64,000 nucleotides of DNA from an uncultured bacterium. Lineage in GTDB: Bacteria; Verrucomicrobiota; Verrucomicrobiia; Verrucomicrobiales; DEV007. Below are positions 22,328 through 32,531 of the stretch, in pieces; the stretch's first letter is position 1, and each line of letters begins with the position of its first letter. The stretch is from NCBI GenBank assembly GCA_963977015.1, contig CAXBMO010000001.1, positions 288,001 to 352,000 on the forward strand, read 5' to 3'. Under the pieces are notes generated by a model that was given only the letters and a program-made list of their open reading frames with translations, was not told the DNA's origin and ran no database searches. A program made the translations under genes and the position numbers.

Positions 22328-23416
22328 TCAGCGATTCGGATCAATTTCGGCAAACACCCCGCCTCCCAGAAGGGTTTCGCCTTCGTAGAGGGCGCAAATC
22401 TGTCCGGGCGTCAGGGCTCGTTGGGGAGAGTGCCATTGAATGAGCGCGCGATCTTCGCCTTTGGGCTCGAAACGGATGGGCGAGGCGGCGCAACGATAGC
22501 GAGGCGCTGCGGAGATTTCTTCCGGCTCGGAGATGACCCGGTTGGTGAAGCTCAACTCGGTGATGAGCGAAGAATGCGCGAAGAGCTTGGGCGTCTCCAC
22601 CTCGTCAAATCCCACAACCAGCTCCTTGGTTGCGCCCCGTTTTTCGACCACCACGTAAGCCTTGCCATGCATGTTGGACGGGACCCCGTGCCCCTTGCGT
22701 TGGCCGAGTGTGAAGAGGTGCAATCCCCGATGCTCGCCAACTTTGCGGCCATCCACGGTGACAATGTCTCCGGGATCATCGGGAACATAATGCCGGAGGA
22801 AATCACTCATCTTGACCTCGCCGATGAAGCAGATTCCCTGGCTGTCCTTCTTGGTCGCGGTGGGGAGTTCAAAACGCTCTGCCAATGCTCGAACCTCGGG
22901 TTTTGGAATGTCGCCGATGGGAAAGAGTGCGTGGCGAATCTGCTCCTGTTGCAGAAGGGCGAGGAAGTAGGTTTGGTCCTTGTTGGGATCAACCCCGCGC
23001 AGAACGTCAAACGTGCCATCCTCCTGTTTCCGGATGCGGGCGTAATGGCCCGTCGCGACCGATTCAAATCCTTCGGCGAGCGCGTAATCGAGGAAAACGC
23101 CGAACTTCATTTCGCGATTGCACATCACATCCGGGTTTGGCGTGACACCATCCTGGTAACCCCGCAGCAAATAGGCCACGACCCGGTCCTTGTAGTCGCG
23201 CATCAGGTTGACCACGCGGAATTCGATTCCCAACTTGTCGCAAACCGCGCGAGCGTCCGTGATGTCTTGTTCCCAGGGACAGTGACCCGCGATGTTCTCC
23301 TCGTTGATCCAGTTCTTCATGTAAGCGCCGACCACTTCGTGCCCCTGCTCGACGAGCAACGCGGCTGCAACGCTGCTATCGACTCCACCTGACATGGCTG
23401 CGAGAATTTTGGACAT
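22328..23416 (-). CDS. mnmA: tRNA 2-thiouridine(34) synthase
   Basis: '[10 protein letters not shown]', '[14 protein letters not shown]', 'ATGHYA', 'KDQTYFL', 'DSQGICF' and 'TPGQ'. Start set at MSKIL. Confidence 0.96.
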   Translation of the reverse strand: MSKILAAMSGGVDSSVAAALLVEQGHEVVGAYMKNWINEENIAGHCPWEQDITDARAVCDKLGIEFRVVNLMRDYKDRVVAYLLRGYQDGVTPNPDVMCNREMKFGVFLDYALAEGFESVATGHYARIRKQEDGTFDVLRGVDPNKDQTYFLALLQQEQIRHALFPIGDIPKPEVRALAERFELPTATKKDSQGICFIGEVKMSDFLRHYVPDDPGDIVTVDGRKVGEHRGLHLFTLGQRKGHGVPSNMHGKAYVVVEKRGATKELVVGFDEVETPKLFAHSSLITELSFTNRVISEPEEISAAPRYRCAASPIRFEPKGEDRALIQWHSPQRALTPGQICALYEGETLLGGGVFAEIDPNR

Positions 23417-23489
23417 GGCCCATTTTAGACGGAATTGCGTGGCTTGCAAAATCCGGCTCTCTGGGATTTGGTAGCGATTTTCCGAACCC

Positions 23490-24581
23490 ATGACTGGAGC
23501 CGACCAAATCGCCGAGCATTTTGAATCCAATTTTGGGGAACGCGGCGAAGTCGGGGCTTCCGTTTCGATCTGGCGAGACGGTGAGGAAGTCGTCAGTCTC
23601 CATGGCGGGTTTGCGGATCGCGCCAAAACGATGGCTTGGACGGCGGAAACGTTGGTGCCGGTTTGGTCGATCACGAAGGGATTTGCGGCCGCGAGCGTCC
23701 TGAGCGCGTTGGAGGACGCCGGGCTGGATCTTCATTCCCCCGTTGCGAAAATCTGGCCGGAACTGGGAACGCTGAGCTTTGGGCAGATTCTGTCTCATCA
23801 GGCGGGATTGGCGGCGTTGGATGATCCGCCCGACCTTGCCGATTATGGAGCGGTCATTCGTGCGCTCGAGGTTCAAGCCCGGGATCCGAATTGGAAACCG
23901 GGAGCGAGGCATGGATATCATCCCCGGACGTTTGGTTACCTCACGGATGAGATCGTGAGACGTTTGTCGGGCGCGCCCAGCCTGGGGGCATTTTGGCGGG
24001 AGCGCATTGCCGAGCCGCTGAACCTGGATGTCTGGATTGGTCTGCCGGAATCCGAGGATGAGCGGGTGGCCGAATTGATTCCCGCCAAGATGAGGGCTGG
24101 TGACCCGGTTTCAGATTTTTATCGTGAGTATGGGAAGCCGGGCTCGTACGTCCGGCGTGCGTTCGAGTCGCCGAAAGGCGTTCGCAGCCCGAGCGATTTC
24201 AATCGTCCCGAAACGCGGCGGCTCAGCATTCCCTCCTTCACCGGGATCGCGTCAGCGCGCGGAATTGCGCGTTTTTACGCGGCGATGACGAGCGGAGAGC
24301 ATTTCTCGGAAACCGTCAGGAACTGGGCCGAAACAACGTTGGTCAGCGGACCGGACGCGACATTGATGTCCGAAACGGCGTTTTCAGCCGGATTCATGAA
24401 GACGCCGAGTCTCCTGCCTTCAAGCCGTTCTTTCGGCCATCCGGGCGCGGGCGGCAGCCATGCCTTTGCGTTTCCGGAACAGAAAATCGGCTTTGCCTAC
24501 GTCATGAATCAGATGGAATTGAGCGTGGTGCCGACTCAAAAAGCTCTCGGCTTTCTCGAACCTCTGCATACCCTTGCCTAA
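23490..24581 (+). CDS. Serine hydrolase (class C beta-lactamase / family VIII esterase)
   Basis: SxxK 'WSITK', 'LSHQAGL', 'HGYH' and 'FGHPGAGGS'. Confidence 0.88.
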   Translation: MTGADQIAEHFESNFGERGEVGASVSIWRDGEEVVSLHGGFADRAKTMAWTAETLVPVWSITKGFAAASVLSALEDAGLDLHSPVAKIWPELGTLSFGQILSHQAGLAALDDPPDLADYGAVIRALEVQARDPNWKPGARHGYHPRTFGYLTDEIVRRLSGAPSLGAFWRERIAEPLNLDVWIGLPESEDERVAELIPAKMRAGDPVSDFYREYGKPGSYVRRAFESPKGVRSPSDFNRPETRRLSIPSFTGIASARGIARFYAAMTSGEHFSETVRNWAETTLVSGPDATLMSETAFSAGFMKTPSLLPSSRSFGHPGAGGSHAFAFPEQKIGFAYVMNQMELSVVPTQKALGFLEPLHTLA

Positions 24582-24582
24582 C

Positions 24583-25002
24583 ATGCCAGCCTACGCCGAA
24601 ACAATCTCTGTCCGAACCCACGGGAAGAAGACCTACGAGATCACCGACGAAATCACGAAAATCGTTCGCGAAAGCGGGATCAAAACCGGCACCGCGACCA
24701 TCTTTGTCCAGCACACCAGCTGCTCCCTGTGCATCATGGAAAACGCGGATCCTTCCGCCCGCACCGATTTGCATAACTACTTTGATCATCTGGTTCCCGA
24801 GGACGAACCCTACTTCATCCACACTTACGAAGGCGCTGACGACATGCCATCCCATATTCGGATGGTGCTGACCGGATGTTCAGAGGTGATTCCGGTGATC
24901 GATGGCCGAATGACCTTGGGAACCTGGCAGGGCCTGTTTCTCTTCGAGCACCGGGTTGCGAGCCACACCCGCCGAATTTCGGTCAGTGTGGTTGGAGAGT
25001 AG
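24583..25002 (+). CDS. YjbQ / UPF0047 family protein
   Basis: 'FVQHTSCSL..ENADP', 'DDMPSHI' and 'LGTWQGLFLFEH'. Confidence 0.92.
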   Translation: MPAYAETISVRTHGKKTYEITDEITKIVRESGIKTGTATIFVQHTSCSLCIMENADPSARTDLHNYFDHLVPEDEPYFIHTYEGADDMPSHIRMVLTGCSEVIPVIDGRMTLGTWQGLFLFEHRVASHTRRISVSVVGE

Positions 25003-25043
25003 AAGAACCGCCGTTCGCGGGCACGGCCGGGTAGAGAACCAGC

Positions 25044-26066
25044 TTAATTATCATCGCGGGGGCGCGGCGGAGGTCCGTCACGTCCTGGCCCACCACCAGG
25101 CGGCGGAAATCGCCCTTGTCCCGGTCCTCCACGCGGTGGCCGCATTCCGCCGGGCCCTGGTCCCCGGCCGGGACCGCCGCGTTCTTCTCCGCGCAGGTTT
25201 TCCGGCGTTCCCTTTAATTGTCTCGGTATCACCGGCCAATCTTTGGTGAGGAAATACGCATAGGTTCCCTCCGGAAAATCCGGTGTGATCGTCTGCCGGC
25301 CATTGCATTCATCCAGATCTCCCAGCCCGTCGACATACTCGTAGTCCTGGACAAAGGCCCCGTCATATTTTCCATCCGGCTCCCGACCGCCTGGACGGTC
25401 GCCCGCTTTCAGCCGGTAACTCGACTTCAACTCCACCACCTGCGAACCTTCGTCCTCCGTGTCTTCATATCCGTAGAGAGCGTAAATCGGGAATCCATCT
25501 GCAGCCCACCCAACAATCGGCGAATGCTTGCCTGCGGTTACCTTCAAATCTTCCAAAAGCAGCGTGGGCAACCCGTGATAGTGGTATTTCCCCGTTGGTT
25601 GAACATGAGCATGGTTTTCATCCAACCCGAGCGGCACGGCTCCACCCAACGCTTCGTAGGTCCAGCCCGAACCGGGGTTCCCCTGCCAGAATTCCGCCGC
25701 TCCCGGATCGAACAGGACTCCGTTCACGGCAATCCCCGTCGGGCCGAGGTCCATCGCAGTCGTGCGACCGCTCTCCACCGGATTCGCCTGCAATCGAAAA
25801 TCCTGATCCTGCTCCGAAATGGAGTGCGGATTTCCCGCATTTGGAAACCGTCCCACCTTGTGATCGGGAATGGCGTTCGACCGGATTTCGCGGAACATAC
25901 CACGGACTTGGATGTCGCAGGCGTTGTTGCCGGGAGGAGTCCTCGACGCCGCTTCCAAATCGAGCGGCCGAGCTTCCGTTGCGCTATGACGTCGAAACTG
26001 CCCTTGGGCAAAAGCAATCGTCACTCCGCAGAGAAAAAGGAGAAAAGATGAATGTCCTGGGTTCAT
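25044..26066 (-). CDS. Secreted YHYH-domain protein with Gly/Pro/Arg-rich tail
   Basis: 'HVQPTGKYHYHG', 'GWAADGFPIY' and 'GDLDECNG'. Start set at MNPGHSS, which is followed by a signal-like segment. Confidence 0.85.
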   Translation of the reverse strand: MNPGHSSFLLFLCGVTIAFAQGQFRRHSATEARPLDLEAASRTPPGNNACDIQVRGMFREIRSNAIPDHKVGRFPNAGNPHSISEQDQDFRLQANPVESGRTTAMDLGPTGIAVNGVLFDPGAAEFWQGNPGSGWTYEALGGAVPLGLDENHAHVQPTGKYHYHGLPTLLLEDLKVTAGKHSPIVGWAADGFPIYALYGYEDTEDEGSQVVELKSSYRLKAGDRPGGREPDGKYDGAFVQDYEYVDGLGDLDECNGRQTITPDFPEGTYAYFLTKDWPVIPRQLKGTPENLRGEERGGPGRGPGPGGMRPPRGGPGQGRFPPPGGGPGRDGPPPRPRDDN

Positions 26067-26143
26067 GGGAAGCCAACGTAAAACACCCTGACAACAACGC
26101 AAACCTCCTCGCGGAGTGGTGAGGGATTTCCGATTGGCTTCGG

Positions 26144-26953
26144 TTACCACCGGACCTTCCGGCGAACCACATCGTCGGGCGGGAGAACGTCCCAATCGTC
26201 TTCTTCGATCACCACGACTCTCGGTTGCCCGGTCGCGCGCGGCCCTCTGAAAGGCTCGGAAAACTGCGGGTCGAACTGGCTTTGCCAAAGCGCGCTTCGG
26301 CGCTCGGCTCCCGCTGCCAGAAAGATAAAGGCGGCGAGCACAATCCAAAGCAGGTTGAAGGTGAACAGGCCGAGAACACCAAAGGCGATCGCGAGACCTT
26401 GTCCGATTCTGGCCGCGATGTTCGTCGCCCAACGGTGATCGCGATACATCGTCAAAACGGCTCGCAAGACTCGTCCGCCGTCCATCGGAAACGCCGGAAT
26501 CATGTTGAAGACCACCAAGATGATGTTGGCGGAAAGCAGGGTGAAGACAAATTCGCGAACTGAGGCGGGCGCCGCGGCGGCGGCCAAATCCGGAAGTCCG
26601 AGAAGAAGCACGACGGGCACCAGCAACAGGGCAATGACCACGTTTACCGCGGGTCCTGCGAGGGCGATGACCAATTCCTGGGCCGGGTCACGCGGCATAC
26701 GCTCCAGTTTCGCGACGCCGCCGATCGGGTAAAGGGTGATGTCTTTCGTTCCGATTCCGAAATAGCGGGCCGCCAGGCTGTGGCCGAGTTCATGAAGCAC
26801 AACGCATCCAAACAGCGCCGCGATCAGCAAAATCGAAAAAACCGCCCCGACGATCCCATTCTGGAAAAGGCTCGAAAGACCGATCCAGGCCAACAAAAGG
26901 CCAAACGTCCAGTGGACAAAAACTCCAATACCAAAGGGGTTACCAAGTTTCAT
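26144..26953 (-). CDS. Site-2 protease (M50 intramembrane zinc metalloprotease)
   Basis: 'HELGH', 'AGPAVN' and '[13 protein letters not shown]'. Confidence 0.93.
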   Translation of the reverse strand: MKLGNPFGIGVFVHWTFGLLLAWIGLSSLFQNGIVGAVFSILLIAALFGCVVLHELGHSLAARYFGIGTKDITLYPIGGVAKLERMPRDPAQELVIALAGPAVNVVIALLLVPVVLLLGLPDLAAAAAPASVREFVFTLLSANIILVVFNMIPAFPMDGGRVLRAVLTMYRDHRWATNIAARIGQGLAIAFGVLGLFTFNLLWIVLAAFIFLAAGAERRSALWQSQFDPQFSEPFRGPRATGQPRVVVIEEDDWDVLPPDDVVRRKVRW

Positions 26954-27144
26954 GATGGTTATTAGTCTGCAAAAAGCGTACCACCTTGCGACAAATCGGC
27001 GCCCCGATAAAGTGGACCCAATCGAGGCAAATGTTCCCGTTTGCGCCATTTTGACTCAGTCAAATTGACCGAATACTTCTTCGTTGCATTCCGAGGCATC
27101 GATTCCGATAGTTGGCTGATGAAGTTGAACAGGCTCATGCGAAC

Positions 27145-27711
27145 ATGGCGAAGGACGGGGAACTGAAGATTCGGATCAGGCAAGCCTGTGAAGATGATAT
27201 CGAGGACTTGTTGGCGCTTGCTGCGTTTGCCGACCGCGATGATGGCGGAGACCGGGAGGAACAAATCTCCCGGGACACACTCCGGCAGTCCCTGTTCATG
27301 CCGGGCTCACTGTGCCGCGCGTTGGTGGCCGATGCCTCCGGACCGATCGTCGGCGTGGCTCACTATCACCGCTTTCAACCCGCAGTGGTTCGCAATCCGA
27401 CGCTGGCTCTGGATGATTTGTATGTGATTGAGCAATATCGGCGCTTGGGCATCGGTTGGAAATTGCTCGAAGAACTGAGCCGGCGCGCAATTGAGATGGA
27501 TTGCGAGCAAATCGACTTCACGGTGCAGCGCGGAAACCGGAAAGCCGTACGATTTTACAAGCGTTTGGGAGCCAAAGTGTATAACGACACTCACTATTGC
27601 CGTCTCGATCGCAAGGTCGTCAAAACGCTTGCCAGTTCCGGCAAAGAAGGCTTGGCGAAGGAGGAGGAACCCAAACCCAAACGGAAATTTGGCCGGAAAG
27701 CGAAGAAATAG
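27145..27711 (+). CDS. GNAT-family N-acetyltransferase
   Basis: 'LDDLYVIEQYRRLGIG' (AcCoA motif A) and 'NRKAVRFYKRLG'. Confidence 0.88.
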   Translation: MAKDGELKIRIRQACEDDIEDLLALAAFADRDDGGDREEQISRDTLRQSLFMPGSLCRALVADASGPIVGVAHYHRFQPAVVRNPTLALDDLYVIEQYRRLGIGWKLLEELSRRAIEMDCEQIDFTVQRGNRKAVRFYKRLGAKVYNDTHYCRLDRKVVKTLASSGKEGLAKEEEPKPKRKFGRKAKK

Positions 27712-27768
27712 TTGCAAGGCAGGACTGGAGGGGTAATCTCTCGGCCCTTCACGAACCAAATTTTTCTC

Positions 27769-27924
27769 ATGTCTCAGCATCCAAGTCTCAAAGGCGCAGC
27801 CGGTAGCGGAAAGAAACGCAGTGTATTGAAGCGTTTTGAGCGCGTGAAATTGCTGAAAGAGCGTGGCGAATGGAAAGAGGGCCAAAGCCCGATCGGTTTG
27901 CCAAAAACCAAGCACATTGACTGA
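27769..27924 (+). CDS. PVC-superphylum 'small basic protein' (TIGR04137-like, nucleic-acid binding)
   Basis: 51 aa 'MSQHPSLK...KRSVLKRFERVKLL...W.EG.SPIGLPKTK', the characteristic pattern of this family. Confidence 0.88.
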   Translation: MSQHPSLKGAAGSGKKRSVLKRFERVKLLKERGEWKEGQSPIGLPKTKHID

Positions 27925-27961
27925 TTTTCAGTCTTTCTGCTGTTAGCTTTAAGGTTTCATA

Positions 27962-28696
27962 TTGAGCGACGGCGTCCGCATCAACAAGTTCTTGGCCTCA
28001 TGCGGATTGGGCTCTCGTCGCGGTTGCGAAGAGATCGTCTCTCATGGCCGAGTCACCGTGAACGGCAAAGTCGTGACCGATCTCGCGACGCGGATTCTGC
28101 CGGATGACGCGATCAAGGTGGATGGAAAGCGGGTTTGGTCGGGCGAAGAAACCACCATTCTGCTCTACAAGCCGAAAGGACACATCTGCACCAAGGAAGA
28201 TACCCACGACCGCACCACGATTTACGATCTGCTGCCGGGGCGTTTTCAGCGGTTGAACTACGTCGGACGGCTCGACAAGGAGAGTGAAGGCCTCCTTCTC
28301 CTGACGTCCTCGGGCGAAGTCTCCCAAACGTTGACTCATCCGAAACACAAGATCGAGAAGGAGTATGAGGTGGTGATCGACCGTCCGCTTGAGAAAGATC
28401 ATGCGGAAAAAATGGTCGAAGGCATCCACACTGCGGAAGGGATTGCGACGGCCGAGCGCGTTGAAGTGTTGGGCCAACGCCGGGTTTCGGTGGTTCTGAA
28501 ACAGGGGCTGAAGCGACAAATCCGCCTGATGTTCGGAAAATTCGATTACAAGGTGAAGAAGCTGGTCCGTGTTCGAATTGGAGAACTGATTGCTCCGACG
28601 ATGAAGGCTGGCGATTGGGTTGAACTCGATGAAGAGGGAATCGAGTTGGCGATGACGAACCCGCCCAAGCCCAAAAAGCCGAAAGACGCGGTCTGA
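27962..28696 (+). CDS. rRNA pseudouridine synthase (RsuA/RluB family, S4 domain)
   Basis: 'RINKFLA..G..SRR' and the catalytic 'VGRLDKESEGLLLLT'. Confidence 0.92.
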   Translation: MSDGVRINKFLASCGLGSRRGCEEIVSHGRVTVNGKVVTDLATRILPDDAIKVDGKRVWSGEETTILLYKPKGHICTKEDTHDRTTIYDLLPGRFQRLNYVGRLDKESEGLLLLTSSGEVSQTLTHPKHKIEKEYEVVIDRPLEKDHAEKMVEGIHTAEGIATAERVEVLGQRRVSVVLKQGLKRQIRLMFGKFDYKVKKLVRVRIGELIAPTMKAGDWVELDEEGIELAMTNPPKPKKPKDAV

Positions 28697-28732
28697 TTTG
28701 CAAGCTCCTGGAATCACGAACATGATTCGGGA

Positions 28733-29797
28733 GTGACGTTCGCTTATCCCCTGGTTTTTCTGGCGTTGATTCCTGCGGCCCTGCTGTTGGCCTGGAACTG
28801 GATGAGCCGTCGTCGCGACGCCATCACGTTTTCATCGACTCACGCGGTCGCTTTGGTTCCCAAATCCCGCCGCCAGAAGTTCGGTTGGCTTCCGAACGCG
28901 GCCCGGGCCTTGGCGGTGCTTCTGGTGATCATCGCATTGGCGCGTCCGCAAACCGAAAAATACGAGTCGTCGTTGGAGAGGGAAGGGGTTGCGATCGAGC
29001 TCCTGGTCGATATTTCCAGCAGTATGGACATGCGGATGAAGCAGCAGGGCGGGCGCGATTCCTCGCGGCTTAACGTGGCCAAACGGGTCATTTTCGACTT
29101 CATCGAGGGAAATTCCGACGATCTGGCGGGACGAGCCGATGACTTGATCGGGATGATCACGTTTGCGCGCTATGCCGACACGATCTGTCCGCTGACGCTC
29201 AGCCACGAAGCCTTGGTTTATCTGACGGAAGGGATCACGATCAACGATCGACCCAACGAGGATGGAACGGCTTACGGCGACGCCACGGCGCTGGCTGCGG
29301 CCCGGCTGGCAAGGCTGGAGGAACGTTTGCAAAAGGGCGACAAATTCGCTCCGGCAAAGGAACCGATCGCGAGCAAGATCATCGTCTTGCTGACGGATGG
29401 AGAGAACAATTGTGGAACGATGCTCCCGCTCCAGGCTGCGGCGTTGGCGAAGGAGTGGGGAATCAAGATCTACACCATCAGCCTGACGGATCCGCCCAAG
29501 TCGCAGTTCGTGAAGGTTGATGACGAAGAGACGATTGAGGCCGCGAGAGTTCGAAGCGCGGCGGAACGGGGATTGGAGAAGATGGCGGAAATGACTGGTG
29601 GAATTTTCCGAACGGCTTACGATTACGACACGCTTCAAGCCGTCTATGAGGAAATTGACAACCTGGAGCGCAGCAAAATGCGTTCGACGATGAAGACGGT
29701 TCCGCAGGAGCGGTTTCAGTTTTTCGCCCTGGCCGCCTTGCTCATGATCGGCACGGAATTGGGGCTGGCGGCGACTTGGCTGCGGCAGATCCCCTAA
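28733..29797 (+). CDS. BatA-like vWA-domain membrane protein
   Basis: 'ALARPQ', MIDAS 'DISSSM', 'GTAYGD' and 'LLTDGENN'; C-terminal TM. Confidence 0.88.
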   Translation: MTFAYPLVFLALIPAALLLAWNWMSRRRDAITFSSTHAVALVPKSRRQKFGWLPNAARALAVLLVIIALARPQTEKYESSLEREGVAIELLVDISSSMDMRMKQQGGRDSSRLNVAKRVIFDFIEGNSDDLAGRADDLIGMITFARYADTICPLTLSHEALVYLTEGITINDRPNEDGTAYGDATALAAARLARLEERLQKGDKFAPAKEPIASKIIVLLTDGENNCGTMLPLQAAALAKEWGIKIYTISLTDPPKSQFVKVDDEETIEAARVRSAAERGLEKMAEMTGGIFRTAYDYDTLQAVYEEIDNLERSKMRSTMKTVPQERFQFFALAALLMIGTELGLAATWLRQIP

Positions 29798-30543
29798 CTG
29801 CGTTCATCGGATTCCCAACCACGGCTCGCGGCGCGCTCCGTGCTGATGTTGATTTGGTCAATCCAGTGCTGGAGAAAGAACTTCTTCTCGGTGGGTAGCA
29901 ATTGCTCCTCCGCTCCAATCAGGGGGCGAAGTGAGGTCGACATCTGGAACGTGACCAGCGCAAAAATCGTGATCCAGACGAAGTAGTGTCCGCGAGGTTG
30001 CCCGCCCAGAATTTTGCGGGCTTTGAAGAGAAGTCCGGCGACAAAAAGCAGGGCCACCGACCAAAACGTGATCAACAATCCGCCGAGGAAGATCGCCGAA
30101 TCGGTGGATTGCGAGAAAATCCAGACGACCGGCGCAAAACTGACGAGAAGCAGACTGGCCAGGGCGATCGAGGCGGCCATGACTCCGATTGTGGTTCCAA
30201 TCCGGATGTCGAGCCCATTCAGACAGCTGAAGATGTAAAGGCTGGGCAGGCAGATCAACCCACTGAACAGCAGCCCAGCCGTGATCTTGGCCGGCGCGGC
30301 CCAGAGTTGTTGCATCCCGAATTCCCGATCGATCGCGAAGAGTCCGACGACAAATCCGAAGAGGGCGAGGCAAAACAGGCTGGAGAAGGTTAGCTTGGCG
30401 GCAATGTTGATCGGTTTTCCCCGTTGCAGGTAAGCGAGGAGATCGACGGGTTTTTTGAGAAGCTTTTCGAGCGACTCCCCAAGGCCGAGAGCTCCCAGGG
30501 CGGGAAGCTCGGGAGGAACTGGTTGGTTTTCAGGATTTGTCAT
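29794..30543 (-). CDS. Uncharacterised multi-pass membrane protein (about 5 TM)
   Basis: Five hydrophobic segments and 'QMSTSLRPLIG...K.FF'; resembles the upstream neighbour. Confidence 0.7.
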   Translation of the reverse strand: MTNPENQPVPPELPALGALGLGESLEKLLKKPVDLLAYLQRGKPINIAAKLTFSSLFCLALFGFVVGLFAIDREFGMQQLWAAPAKITAGLLFSGLICLPSLYIFSCLNGLDIRIGTTIGVMAASIALASLLLVSFAPVVWIFSQSTDSAIFLGGLLITFWSVALLFVAGLLFKARKILGGQPRGHYFVWITIFALVTFQMSTSLRPLIGAEEQLLPTEKKFFLQHWIDQINISTERAASRGWESDERS

Positions 30544-31231
30544 TTGATGTGTAGGTGTGTGGATAGAGTCCGAGCGTTTGGCTCAGTGAGGTGAAGATGG
30601 ATTCGTAAAAGGTCTTGTCGCGCCAGTCGGAGCGCAGGAACTCAACGCCGGTGTAGGGGCTCCCAAAGAAGGGGCGCAGATTCCAGGAAAGCTGGGCCCC
30701 GACAAAGAGATTGCCGGCCAGCCAGATGACCAGCGTTTGGCGGGCTGTCGTCAGGTTCCCGATCCTGGATTGAAGAATGCGGTAGAGTTTGTGATTGGCG
30801 AGGAGGCCCGCGTAGGCGATCACGCCGGTGTGGATGTGAACCTGCGAGCGATAGGATTCGAACTTCAGTTCGTCGGTCCAACCGGGCATCTCGAATGCGA
30901 GGAGGAAGGCGATGGGACTGAGCGAACCCAGAAGCAGCGAAAAAATCAGAAAGCTGGTTAGCTGACTCTTGAACGAGTCCGCAAAGCTCAGGCCCGAGCC
31001 AATCAGTTGCCCCAGAATGCCGTTCATCAGTCCCGTGCCGCAGAGTGTCGCCAGAATGAGGAGCGGGAACTTTACCCCGACATAGAGCCCCATGTGTGGA
31101 GCGCGCCACGAACCGATTGCGAAGCCGTAGAGTCCGCATCCGAGCAAAATTCCGCTGATGCAGAGCCAGACCGGCACTTCCGTGTCGGGATCGCCGCGCA
31201 GGACGGCGGAAATGATCGATGGACGTTGCAT
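30530..31231 (-). CDS. Uncharacterised multi-pass membrane protein (paralog-like of the downstream gene)
   Basis: Hydrophobic segments, 'VKFPLL' and 'GAQLSWNLRPFFGSP....FLR....TFYE'. Start set at MQRPS, 4 nt after the exosortase stop. Confidence 0.68.
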   Translation of the reverse strand: MQRPSIISAVLRGDPDTEVPVWLCISGILLGCGLYGFAIGSWRAPHMGLYVGVKFPLLILATLCGTGLMNGILGQLIGSGLSFADSFKSQLTSFLIFSLLLGSLSPIAFLLAFEMPGWTDELKFESYRSQVHIHTGVIAYAGLLANHKLYRILQSRIGNLTTARQTLVIWLAGNLFVGAQLSWNLRPFFGSPYTGVEFLRSDWRDKTFYESIFTSLSQTLGLYPHTYTSNDKS

Positions 31232-31235
31232 GGGC

Positions 31236-32510
31236 TTAGGATGTGGGTTGGATCGCCGTGACCGCCCACCAGGGACCGGAGGTTCTTCGCAGCGTCGCCG
31301 CCCAGAACCAGGCTGAGACCTCGCTCCAGATTTGGTCCGGCGAAGAAATGGCTTCGTCGACCCGAAAGCGGAGGTCGCCGGATTGGGCGATGAAGGTTCC
31401 GGGTTTCTCGGACTCAATGTCCCAACCCGCTGCGCGAAGGCATTCGGCGCTGGAATGCAGTTTGCGGGTCGGCCGCGATACCCAGCGGTAGATGACCTTG
31501 TTGGGGCCTGCCGAAAAGACTGCGACCCGGCCGGGGAATTGGCCCGCAAACGTGGACTCCTGTTCCGTCAACGGCATGGGCTCCAAATAGTGTCCGTTCC
31601 ACGTTTTGGGCCATCCAGGGAAGTCGGCGAGGCATGGCACGGTCGTTGATTGCGGGTTCAACATGGGAACCAAGGCGACTCCGAGGAACGCGATCGCGGC
31701 GAAATTTTGGTAGGGAAGCGCCGGGATAGCGCGTGCTTCCGCCGGCATGACGCTCATCGGCATCTTCTCCACCAACCTCATCAGGCACCACACGAGGATG
31801 GCAAATACCAGCAGCCCGATGCCGCTGTGGGTCCAACCAGGAAGTTGGACCATCTCCGATTCCTTGACAAAGAGAAGCGTCGCTCGAAGGGCGTTTCCCA
31901 CAACGATGAGTAGGAACCCGGCGCTGCCGCAAAGCAGGGTCGGTTTCCACGGGAAACGCTTCGCGGCGCAGAGCGACAGAGTGATCAGCATCCCAACCCA
32001 GAGCATCTGGATTCCGCTGCAGGGAGCGTCGACTCCAATGGTGGTTCCTTTCCAAAGCAGATTGGTTGCTTCGCGCTCGATCCCCAGTCCAAAGAGATTG
32101 AGCGTTGCCTGGGAAACTACGGCGGTAACGATTCGAAGTGGGTAACCCAGGTAGAACTGCAGACTCGCGATGATGGGCAGCGAAAGCGCGAAGATTCCCC
32201 AAATCGGCAGGTGGCGAAGCAGCGTCCCGGCCATGGTCGCAATGATGAGGAGGGCGAGGACAGCCCGAATCAGAGGCGGCATGTTCCCGTAGCCAAAGGT
32301 GTAAACGAGAAGCAGCGCAGATGCGGAGACCGCACCGAGAAACGTGAACCGCAGTTCATTTCTCACCTTCCAAAGAAACGCGCCACCAACCAACAGGGCC
32401 ACCAACCCCCACGGTTCGTCGGAACCATCCGTTACCCGGAGGGCATACCATCGCCAGACCGGCCAAAAGGCGAGGAGGACGATGAGTGGGAGCAGGCGGC
32501 TGAGTTTCAT
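31236..32510 (-). CDS. Exosortase/archaeosortase-family protein with a fused C-terminal soluble domain
   Basis: Catalytic-type 'VDAPCSG', 'GNALRA' and 'WTHSGIG' (Cys/Arg/His) within a multi-TM core; C-terminal 'HSSAECLRAAGW' resembles the EpsI-type motif. Confidence 0.88.
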   Translation of the reverse strand: MKLSRLLPLIVLLAFWPVWRWYALRVTDGSDEPWGLVALLVGGAFLWKVRNELRFTFLGAVSASALLLVYTFGYGNMPPLIRAVLALLIIATMAGTLLRHLPIWGIFALSLPIIASLQFYLGYPLRIVTAVVSQATLNLFGLGIEREATNLLWKGTTIGVDAPCSGIQMLWVGMLITLSLCAAKRFPWKPTLLCGSAGFLLIVVGNALRATLLFVKESEMVQLPGWTHSGIGLLVFAILVWCLMRLVEKMPMSVMPAEARAIPALPYQNFAAIAFLGVALVPMLNPQSTTVPCLADFPGWPKTWNGHYLEPMPLTEQESTFAGQFPGRVAVFSAGPNKVIYRWVSRPTRKLHSSAECLRAAGWDIESEKPGTFIAQSGDLRFRVDEAISSPDQIWSEVSAWFWAATLRRTSGPWWAVTAIQPTS

Positions 32511-32531
32511 GGTGAATCTCGGTTTGCTGGA

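Noticed and set aside
22295-22330. Inverted repeat TGAATTCAC...GTGAATTCA between mnmA and the ASPIC/UnbV gene
   Set aside because: The arms are built on self-palindromic GAATTC, the loop is long and there is no U-tract, so no function can be supported.
23417-23674. N-terminal extensions of the ORF-track calls for mnmA (also YHYH, M50 protease, GldF-like and 30530-31549)
   Set aside because: The extensions overlap neighbouring genes and precede the family-typical N-terminus, so downstream starts were chosen.
23490-24581. Beta-lactam resistance gene
   Set aside because: There is no signal peptide, and the motifs fit cytoplasmic family VIII esterases. Resistance cannot be inferred.
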